This document shows positions 56,526 through 64,000 of a stretch of DNA of 64,000 nt, piece after piece. The DNA is taken from NCBI GenBank assembly GCA_039028615.1, contig JBCCHT010000001.1:544001-608000 (forward strand), written 5' to 3'. The notes under the pieces were generated by a model that did no database searches, was not told the DNA's origin, and was given only the letters and a program-made list of their open reading frames with translations. Each line of letters opens with the position of its first letter. Position 1 is the stretch's first letter. Made by a program: the position numbers and the translations under genes. Origin of the DNA: Myxococcota bacterium. GTDB lineage: Bacteria > Myxococcota_A > Polyangia > Nannocystales > Nannocystaceae.

Positions 56526-58313
56526 CTAGGACGCGCTGCGCTTGCGCTTGGTCGCGGGGCGGGATCGCGAGCTGGCCTTGGCCTTCGCTTTGGTCTTGGC
56601 CTTGGCCTTGGCCTTGGCCTTCGTGGTCTTGACCTTGGCCGCATCGACGAGCAGCTGGCGGGCGTGCTCGCGCGCGCTCTCTCCCACGTCCTCGCCACCG
56701 AGCATGCGGGCGAGTTCTTCGACGCGCTCTTCGTCGGACAGCCGCGTGACCCGAGTGGTGGTGCGCCCACGCTGGGTCCGCTTGTCCACGCGGTAGTGCG
56801 CGTCGGCGAAGGCGGCGATCTGCGGCAGGTGGGTCACGCACAGCACCTGATGCCCGGCCGAGGCCACCTTGAGCCGACGCCCGATCGCCACCGCGACCGC
56901 ACCGCCCACCCCGGCATCGACCTCGTCGAACACGTAGGTGGCCACGCGGTCTTCGTCGGCGAGCGTGTTCTTGATCGCCAGCAACACGCGCGACAGCTCT
57001 CCGCCCGAGGCCACCCGCGACAGCGGAGCCAGGGGCTCGCCGGGGTTGGCACAAAACAGGAACTCGACCCGGTCGACGCCAGTGGGACCGGGCTGCTCCG
57101 GGTTGTCCGCCTCGACCCTCACCGCCAGGCGGGCCCCTGCCATGTGCAGCGTGCGGAGCTCCTTTTCGACGGCGCGGGCCAAGCCCTCTGCCGCGGCCAC
57201 GCGCGCATCGTGCAGGCAACGCGCACTGGTCACACAGTCGGCCAGGCGCTCGGCGACCTCGCCATCCAGCTGCTCGAGCTCTTCTTCGGCCCGGTCGAGC
57301 TGGGCCAGCTCCTCGCGCATCTCGTCGAGCTTGTCCGCCAACGCATCGACCTCGACGCCGTGCTTGCGCCGCAGGCCTTCGAGCAAGTGCACCCGCTCCG
57401 CCACCACGTCGAGCTCGCCCGGCTCGATCTCCAGCTCCCCCGCGAAGCGAGCGGCGCTCTGGGCCGCCTCTTCGCACGCGATCTGAGCCGCGGTGAGCTG
57501 CTCTTGGATCTGCGCCAGAAGCTCCGAGCCTTCGCCGCCCCGCCGCGCTCGATCGAGCAAGGACCCCAAGCGCCCTGCGATGGCGTCATCGGCCTCGTAG
57601 AGCATGGTGTGGGCATCCCGAGCGAACTCCGCCCAGCGCTGCGCGTCGTGCAACAGCGTCAGGCGCCCGCGCAGCGCCTCGAACTCGCCGGGCTCGGGCG
57701 CCACCGCCTCGAGCTCGTCGATCTGAAAGCGCAGGTAGTCCATGCGGGCCCCCGCTTCGCGAGCCCTGGTCTGCAGATCGAGCCGACGCTCATCGACCTC
57801 CCGCCACGCTTGATACGCCGCGCGATGGGTGCTCCGGTCGGCCTCGAGCTTGGCCCAAGCATCGAGCACGTCGAGGTGCCGAGCGGCATGGGTGAGGAAG
57901 TGGTGCTCGTGCTGGCTGCAGATGTCGACCAGGTGCTCGCCAACCCGACCCAGCACCGCCTGCGTGGTGGGGGTCGACTGCACGAAGGACCGCCCTCGTC
58001 CCCCTCGCACGACCATGCGACGCAGCACCACGCCTTCGTCTTCGTCGAGCGGGATGCCGTGCTCGTCGATGGTGGCGCGCAGGCGTCCGAGCAGCAGCGC
58101 CGCCGGATCGAAGCACGCGTCGATGGTCGCGGCCGACTCGCCCTTGCGCACCAGCTCGGCCCGGCCTCGACCCCCGCGGAGCAACGACAGCGCCTCCACG
58201 ATGATCGACTTGCCCGCCCCGGTCTCGCCGGTCAGGACGTTCATGCCCGGCGACAGTTCGAGCGTGACGTCGTCGAGCAGCGCCAGGCCACGAATGCGGA
58301 GGTAGCTGAGCAC
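56526..58313 (-). CDS. recN: DNA repair protein RecN
   Basis: LTGETGAGKS, SQHE, ASGGELSR, FDEVDAGVGG, VTHLPQIA. Confidence 0.96.
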   Translation of the reverse strand: MLSYLRIRGLALLDDVTLELSPGMNVLTGETGAGKSIIVEALSLLRGGRGRAELVRKGESAATIDACFDPAALLLGRLRATIDEHGIPLDEDEGVVLRRMVVRGGRGRSFVQSTPTTQAVLGRVGEHLVDICSQHEHHFLTHAARHLDVLDAWAKLEADRSTHRAAYQAWREVDERRLDLQTRAREAGARMDYLRFQIDELEAVAPEPGEFEALRGRLTLLHDAQRWAEFARDAHTMLYEADDAIAGRLGSLLDRARRGGEGSELLAQIQEQLTAAQIACEEAAQSAARFAGELEIEPGELDVVAERVHLLEGLRRKHGVEVDALADKLDEMREELAQLDRAEEELEQLDGEVAERLADCVTSARCLHDARVAAAEGLARAVEKELRTLHMAGARLAVRVEADNPEQPGPTGVDRVEFLFCANPGEPLAPLSRVASGGELSRVLLAIKNTLADEDRVATYVFDEVDAGVGGAVAVAIGRRLKVASAGHQVLCVTHLPQIAAFADAHYRVDKRTQRGRTTTRVTRLSDEERVEELARMLGGEDVGESAREHARQLLVDAAKVKTTKAKAKAKAKTKAKAKASSRSRPATKRKRSAS

Positions 58314-58494
58314 GGGTCGCGGAGGCTAGCAGCCCGCGGCTGAGCAGCCATAAGAAACTAATTTCATTGAGTATTGGTCGCAGCGCCGCCGAGTTCGCGA
58401 CGCGAAATGGGCGAAGGGTTCGATGTTCGCTCGACCCCCCGCATGCCGGGCCCCGCCGCCCCCGAGCTTGACCTCGTGGTGCGCGACCACCACG

Positions 58495-59295
58495 ATGCGC
58501 CCAGTGCATCTCGGCCTCGACTCGATCCCGATTCCCCGAGTCGATGCGCCGAGCCCCGAGGTCTTTGTCCGCGACTATGTCCGCCGGTCCCGCCCCGTGG
58601 TCATTCGCGGGGCCATCGACGACTGGCCCGCCCTCGAACGATGGACCCCGCAGGGTTTGGTCGAAGCGTTCCCAGGCCGGTCACTGCCCTCCATTCCGGT
58701 CCGCGACGGCAATGCGGTGTTCGATCCGAACACGGGCATCGACTACGCCCCCGTCGACCTCGCCAACTACGTACGAGACGTCGAGGCCGGCACCGCAGGT
58801 CGCTACGTCGTGTTCCGGGTTCACGAGCATCTGCCCGAGCTCATGAACGACATCCGCACCCCGCGATACCTCGAGCGGGCACGCTGGCGTCGTTCCCGTT
58901 TCTGGTTCGCGCCGCGTGACGTGGGCGGCGTGCTCCACCGCGACCTCCCGCATAACCTCTACGCGCAAGTGCAGGGCCGTAAGCGCTGGATGCTCGTTTC
59001 TCGCCGCGAGTTCACCCGCGTCTATCCGTATCCGCCGTGGTCGGGCGTTCCCAACTACTGCCGCGCCAGCGTCGAGGCGCCCGACCGCGATCGATTTCCT
59101 CGACTGCAGGGCGTGACGGTGCACGACACCACCCTGGCTCCCGGAGAGCTGCTGTACATTCCCAGTCTTTGGTGGCATCAGGCCCGTTCGGTGGACACGA
59201 GCATCTCCATCAACCTGTGGTGGGTGAGACGAAGGCTGCTGCCGCTGGTGCGCATGGCCGAAGCCTTCATGGCCATTCGCCAGCTGCGGCTCTGA
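58495..59295 (+). CDS. JmjC/cupin-like 2OG-Fe(II) oxygenase
   Basis: RPVVIRG...WPAL, LHRD (HxD), GRKRW, LYIPSLWWHQ, SINLWW. Confidence 0.88.
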   Translation: MRPVHLGLDSIPIPRVDAPSPEVFVRDYVRRSRPVVIRGAIDDWPALERWTPQGLVEAFPGRSLPSIPVRDGNAVFDPNTGIDYAPVDLANYVRDVEAGTAGRYVVFRVHEHLPELMNDIRTPRYLERARWRRSRFWFAPRDVGGVLHRDLPHNLYAQVQGRKRWMLVSRREFTRVYPYPPWSGVPNYCRASVEAPDRDRFPRLQGVTVHDTTLAPGELLYIPSLWWHQARSVDTSISINLWWVRRRLLPLVRMAEAFMAIRQLRL

Positions 59296-59399
59296 GCACC
59301 AGCGCAATTCACGCTCCGCATCGATACCCGCGGGGAAAGAGGCGGTAGACGAGCCGATCGTCGTATCCTCCGCGCGTCCTTTCATGGCGTGAGCGAGCG

Positions 59400-61088
59400 G
59401 TGAACACCCATGACAACGACCCGGCTGCGAAAGCGGACCGAGCCAGCGGCCTCGGTGCGCTTCGGTCACCGCGTCGTATCGTCATGGTGCTGTTGGTCGT
59501 GCTCATCGCGACATGGTCGGTCCGCGAGGTCTGGGCGCCGAGCCAACTCCACAGCGCGTCCCTGGGCGGTGGGTTCTTCGAGGAGCCCCCCGAAGACCCC
59601 ACTGGCGTGAGCATCACCGTCGACCGCTCGTTGGCGCGGACGATGCTGCCGGACGTCGCAGCGATGGACGACGAGTCGCTCAGCGTTCCGTACGGTCACA
59701 TCATCGCGAACATCGGCGAGGGCGACTTCGACTACACAGTGAGTACCGCCGATGAGGGCCGGCTGCCGCTCGTCATCGTTGGGCGGATGACCACCGAGCC
59801 CAACGACGACGACGACATCCCCGACACGATTCGACTGCGCGACCTCGAATCGCTCACGGCCAACCCCGGCGGCGTGGCCTTCGTGCCGTTCACGAGTCGG
59901 CCATGGCGCGACGATGTTGCCCGCTTGGCCAGCCTCGCGAGCGCCTGCCCCGATGCCGAGAGCATGCATGTGCAGCGTCGCGACGGGCAGCTGCAGATCA
60001 CCCTCGGCTCCTGCGAACTCGTGCATCCACGAGCGGGCACCACCGTGGCGTTCGCGGCCGGCCCCCGCTGGCTGAAGCTGACATCGCCCCAAAGACAATG
60101 GGAAGACGAGCGGGTCGCCAAGCCGACCGTCGCCGTGGTGACGTTGGTGCTGTGCCTGCTCGTCACGCTGCTGCTCGCGAGCTGGTTGGGCGCCGGACCC
60201 ACGCTGCTCATGGCAGCGCTCGGCGGCGCGTTGTCCCCCCTGCAGCCATGGCTCGGCGTGGTGTGGTGGATGGGCGGAGCGCTCATCGGGGCGGGGCACA
60301 GCGTGTGGCGGGGGGCTCGGACGCTCGGGCGAGCCCGTAGTGCCGCCATCGTCGCGGGACTGGTCGTCGTCGTCGCCATACTCGTCGCCCTGTCGAACGA
60401 CGAGGCCCCCGATCCGCCCACGGGCGAGTTCTGCCTCGTCACCGGCTACTCCACCGTGGACGGCGAGGGCATGCACAGCCAACACCGCCGACCGCTATCG
60501 GAGGAACTCGGCTCTGTGCCGGGCCCCTGCCACGGCGTCACCTCGGGGCACGGCTTCCGCAGCAAGACGCTGTGGCGAATCCGACGCTTCGCCTGCGGTC
60601 AGTCACCCGACACGCTGCTGCTGTTCTTCGGCGGCAACAACGACGACATCCTGTGGACTCAGAGCCCGGATAACTGGGCCACGATGGCGCTGGTGTGGCT
60701 GCGCTTCGGCGTGTCCGGGCAGCCCCGCGAGAACAACTGGGACGACCTGTTCAGCCGCACCATCTCGACCGGCGAAGCGGGGCTGCCCCAGCAAGAGGCG
60801 TTGATCCACGAGATCGCCACCTGTCGCGGGCGCGACCCGGCGACCTTCGTGTTCGTTCACCACTTCCTGCTCTTCGACCTCGAGGGCCTGCCGCAACGCC
60901 GCCAAACGATGCGTGAGGCCCGGGGTCAGGCCGTCCGAGACGCGGGTGGGATCTATGTCGACGCGTTCGAGCAGCTGGGAGCGGAGGCCTCGGTCACTTG
61001 GTTTTCGGACTTCGTGCACCTGTCTTCGATCGGGCACGCCCGCATGGGCCGGCTGCTCGCAGCCCATGTGCCGACACCGAAGCCGTAG
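59400..61088 (+). CDS. Membrane protein with C-terminal SGNH-like domain
   Basis: Several TMs; TGYST, GGNNDD, DFVHLS...GH blocks. Confidence 0.6.
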   Translation: MNTHDNDPAAKADRASGLGALRSPRRIVMVLLVVLIATWSVREVWAPSQLHSASLGGGFFEEPPEDPTGVSITVDRSLARTMLPDVAAMDDESLSVPYGHIIANIGEGDFDYTVSTADEGRLPLVIVGRMTTEPNDDDDIPDTIRLRDLESLTANPGGVAFVPFTSRPWRDDVARLASLASACPDAESMHVQRRDGQLQITLGSCELVHPRAGTTVAFAAGPRWLKLTSPQRQWEDERVAKPTVAVVTLVLCLLVTLLLASWLGAGPTLLMAALGGALSPLQPWLGVVWWMGGALIGAGHSVWRGARTLGRARSAAIVAGLVVVVAILVALSNDEAPDPPTGEFCLVTGYSTVDGEGMHSQHRRPLSEELGSVPGPCHGVTSGHGFRSKTLWRIRRFACGQSPDTLLLFFGGNNDDILWTQSPDNWATMALVWLRFGVSGQPRENNWDDLFSRTISTGEAGLPQQEALIHEIATCRGRDPATFVFVHHFLLFDLEGLPQRRQTMREARGQAVRDAGGIYVDAFEQLGAEASVTWFSDFVHLSSIGHARMGRLLAAHVPTPKP

Positions 61089-61333
61089 AAGCCGCAGTCA
61101 CGCGGCGTCCTGGCGCTGACGCACCCGTCGCCGCGCCGGTTCACACCAGGACACGATCGGCCTTCGTCGGGACGCTGCTGACCACCGGTCGGCCTCGGCG
61201 CGGCGGGCTCGACCGAGCCGAGGGGTTATCCCCACGAAATTCATACAGAATGCGGCATCCCGCCCCCAGATCTGCGCCGAAAAATGTGAGATTTCCGGGT
61301 ACGCATGGGACACAGAACTGAGCCAGAATTGCG

Positions 61334-63124
61334 GTGCTAACGGTGTCCTATTTGGGGGTGAGCATGATGATGAGCGAACGACGACGTCGACATTGGATTG
61401 GAGTAATCACGAGTACAGGGTGTGCAGCGGCACTCGGCGTGGCCGGCTGTGGTGACGACGGCGGCGGCCGAGACGACGACGGCAACGGACCCGGCGTGGT
61501 CTCCATCGGCGGTGCGACCGACAACGACGACAGCGCCACGGGCGACGACACGGCGGGCGACGAGACCTTCGGCGGTGACGTCGAAGTCCTGTTCCTCGAG
61601 GTGACGCCCGGCGAGACGGTGCTCGAGGTCGACCTGGGCACGCCCGCCAGCCAGCAGTTCCTCGTCAACGCGGTGCTCAGCGACGGCAGTGCGATCGACG
61701 TGACCGCCGACGCGACCTGGGCGGTCTCCGATCCGGTCGTCGGGGCGATGAACGGCAACACGCTCGAGATCCCGGCCTTCGTCGACGCGAGCTTCACGTC
61801 GGCCATCGTCACCGCGGGCGTCGGTAGCCGCACCGGTCAGGCTCAGATCACGATTGCGGCCTACGCCACCGCCGAAGACTTCTTCTTCGTGCTGCCCTTC
61901 AACGATCCGGCGGGCGAGCAGAGCAAGCCGCTGACCTTCAGCACGGAGGTCAAGAGCATGGACGTGTTCGTCAGCATGGACACGACGGGCTCGATGAGCG
62001 GTGCGGTCAACAACCTCCAGCAATCGATGGCCACGACCATCATCCCGGGCATCCAGGCGCTGGTCCCCGACACGCAGTTCGGCGGCGGCACCTTCGAGGA
62101 CTTCCCGGTCTCGCCCTATGGCGCGACGACCGACTCGCCCTTCGAGCTGTTCCAAGAGATCACGGGCGACATCATGGCGGTCCAGAACGCGGTGCTCAGC
62201 TTCTCGCTGGGCAGCGGCGCGGACGGGCCCGAGTCGGGCTACGAGGCGCTCTATCAGATCGCGACGGGTGAAGGCCTGAACTCGCCCGCGCCGACCAACG
62301 TGCCTCCCAACGCCTCGGGTATCGGCGGCGTGGGCTTCCGCGAGGGTGCGCTGCCCATCGTGGTGTCGGTGACCGACGCGGTCAGCCACGACACGGTGGA
62401 TGCCTCGTGCTCCCGGCTCTACGCGGGGGCGGTGGCCGGCGTGGCGCATAGCCAGCAAGAGGCCACGGACGCGCTCAACAACATCTGCGCCCGCGTCGTC
62501 CAGATCGCGCTGGCTCAGGGCACGTGCAGCGCTCTCGCCGACGGCATCGCGCTGGCGGAGGCCACCGGCTCCATCATCCCGCCCGAGGCATGGGACATCG
62601 GAGGTCGCCCCGCAGGGTGTGCGGCCGACCAGTGCTGCACCGGTCAGGCGGGCGCGGGCATGCCGACCAACGCGGACGGCTTGTGCCCCATGGCGTACCT
62701 CGCCCAGTCCAACGGCACGGGCGTCGACACCTCGTTTAGCTCGGCCATCCAGCTGCTGGCCGCCTACGGCTCGTTTGGGGTGACCTCGGTGGTGACCGGG
62801 GGCAACACCGACACCGAGGGCAACCCGCTGCCCGACGGCACCTCCACCGCGGACTTCATCAAGGGCGTCACACCCTCGAGCCACGGCCCGGTGCCGCTGC
62901 CCGGCGTGCCCGACCCGACCATCGGACCCGAGAGCTTCGAAAACGTCATCCCCGATACCGACGTCATCTTCGACGTGCGGGCGTTCAACGACTTCGTGGA
63001 GCAGGGCAACCAGCCGCGGCTGTTCACCGCGAACATCGAGGTGCTCGCCGACACCTGCGGCGAGCTCGACTCGCGCGAGGTGTTCATCCTGGTGCCGCCG
63101 GCCTCCCTGCCCCCGCCAGGCTAG
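61334..63124 (+). CDS. Lipoprotein with Ig-like and VWA domains (adhesin-like)
   Basis: VAGC lipobox; DVFVSMDTTGSM, DGPESGYEAL, GFREGALP...TDA; start uncertain. Confidence 0.75.
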   Translation: MLTVSYLGVSMMMSERRRRHWIGVITSTGCAAALGVAGCGDDGGGRDDDGNGPGVVSIGGATDNDDSATGDDTAGDETFGGDVEVLFLEVTPGETVLEVDLGTPASQQFLVNAVLSDGSAIDVTADATWAVSDPVVGAMNGNTLEIPAFVDASFTSAIVTAGVGSRTGQAQITIAAYATAEDFFFVLPFNDPAGEQSKPLTFSTEVKSMDVFVSMDTTGSMSGAVNNLQQSMATTIIPGIQALVPDTQFGGGTFEDFPVSPYGATTDSPFELFQEITGDIMAVQNAVLSFSLGSGADGPESGYEALYQIATGEGLNSPAPTNVPPNASGIGGVGFREGALPIVVSVTDAVSHDTVDASCSRLYAGAVAGVAHSQQEATDALNNICARVVQIALAQGTCSALADGIALAEATGSIIPPEAWDIGGRPAGCAADQCCTGQAGAGMPTNADGLCPMAYLAQSNGTGVDTSFSSAIQLLAAYGSFGVTSVVTGGNTDTEGNPLPDGTSTADFIKGVTPSSHGPVPLPGVPDPTIGPESFENVIPDTDVIFDVRAFNDFVEQGNQPRLFTANIEVLADTCGELDSREVFILVPPASLPPPG

Positions 63125-63126
63125 GA

Positions 63127-63153
63127 CCCGCTCGTCCCCAGGGACGAGACGGG
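63127..63153. terminator. Stem-loop between convergent genes
   Basis: CCCG-CTCGTCC / GGACGAG-A-CGGG inverted repeat. Confidence 0.4.
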
Positions 63154-63171
63154 CTCACGAGGGCGACCGCG

Positions 63172-64000
63172 TCAGCCCTCGTGGGCCCAGCCGAGCTTGT
63201 GCCGCAGGACCTCGAACACCGAGGCCGAAGGCGGCACGAGCTTGAGCGAGCGCTCGGCTCGGCTCACCGTGATCTCGTCGCCCACGTCGATGAGCGAGCC
63301 CCACAGCCCATCCACCGACAGCGTGGCCGTGCCCGCGTCGCTCGGGCCGCTGTAGACGATGCCGATGGGCTCGTGCGCCGAGGTCACCACCGGGCGGTGC
63401 GTGAGGCTGTGCGGGCAGATCGGCGTGATGGTGAAGGCATCGGTCCCCGCGTTGACGATGGGCCCGCCCGCCGCGAGGTTGTAGGCCGTCGAGCCCATCG
63501 GGGTGCAGACCAGCAAGCCGTCGGCGCGGTAGCGAGCCATCGGCACGCCGCCGACGATGGTGCTCAGCTCGATCATCCGCGGCATCTCACCGTGCTTGAG
63601 GTAGACGTCGTTGCTCGCGGTGCAGTCCCAGGGACCGTTCTTGCGCTGCACCACCACCTGCATGCGCTGCCGGGGAATCCAGCCGAGCTTGCCCCCCAGC
63701 GCGGCATCGAGCGCCTCGTCGAGCTGCCCCGCACCGTAGGCAGCGAGGAAGCCGAGCGTGCCCAGGTTGATGCCCATCAGCGGCACGTCGCGATCGGCCG
63801 CGAGGCGAGCCGCCCGTAACAAGGTCCCGTCGCCACCGAGCGCGATGACGAGGCTGAGCTCACTGGTCCCCTCGTCGTCGTCCGCCTCGAGCACCTCGCA
63901 GCCGGCCGGAACGCGAGCGCCCATGTGTCCCGCGAGCTCGCGGGACAGCACGACACCGACTCCGGCTTCGCGTAGGCGGCTGGCGGAATCGACCGCAGCG
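63172..64000 (-). CDS. ppnK: NAD kinase (start probably beyond the window edge)
   Basis: LGGDGTLL, GINLGTLGFL, DGLLVCTPMGSTAYNLAAGGP, TPICPHSL. Confidence 0.93.
   Translation of the reverse strand, partial: AAVDSASRLREAGVGVVLSRELAGHMGARVPAGCEVLEADDDEGTSELSLVIALGGDGTLLRAARLAADRDVPLMGINLGTLGFLAAYGAGQLDEALDAALGGKLGWIPRQRMQVVVQRKNGPWDCTASNDVYLKHGEMPRMIELSTIVGGVPMARYRADGLLVCTPMGSTAYNLAAGGPIVNAGTDAFTITPICPHSLTHRPVVTSAHEPIGIVYSGPSDAGTATLSVDGLWGSLIDVGDEITVSRAERSLKLVPPSASVFEVLRHKLGWAHEG

Noticed and set aside
58495..59295. JmjC oxygenase as a RiPP tailoring enzyme
   Set aside because: No nearby precursor and far from both candidate clusters
1..64000. CRISPR arrays, tRNA/rRNA, transposases, prophage, and the many long Arg/Pro/Ala-rich overlapping ORFs
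   Set aside because: No repeat-spacer pattern, RNA gene or mobile-element motif seen by eye; the long overlapping ORFs are typical high-GC shadow frames

Overview
High-GC DNA that looks myxobacterial (Nannocystaceae-like), judging by many Cys-rich lipoproteins, a MYXO-CTERM-like tail, an ADYC protein, a TPR Ser/Thr kinase and ECF sigma factors. Housekeeping and catabolic genes include a long RelA/SpoT homologue, dusB, recN, NAD kinase, a homogentisate operon (fumarylacetoacetate hydrolase-maiA-hppD-hmgA) and a lipase/foldase pair. Two accessory loci stand out as candidate new RiPP-like systems. (1) 27.1-35.4 kb, minus strand: a 66-aa double-glycine-leader peptide with a Cys/Pro-rich core leads an operon for NDP-heptose biosynthesis (GmhA, HddC-GmhB fusion, HddA), an unknown His-rich protein, two glycosyltransferases (one with an RRE-like C-terminus) and a deacetylase, suggesting a heptosylated peptide. 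(2) 1.1-5.0 kb, plus strand: a complete azole-forming set (RRE/E1-like protein, YcaO, SagB-like dehydrogenase) whose only evident substrate is a CCSSCCCCCCC tract at the N-terminus of a multi-pass membrane protein. I saw no CRISPR array, rRNA, tRNA or mobile element. All calls come from reading motifs by eye; no searches were run and several start codons are inferred.
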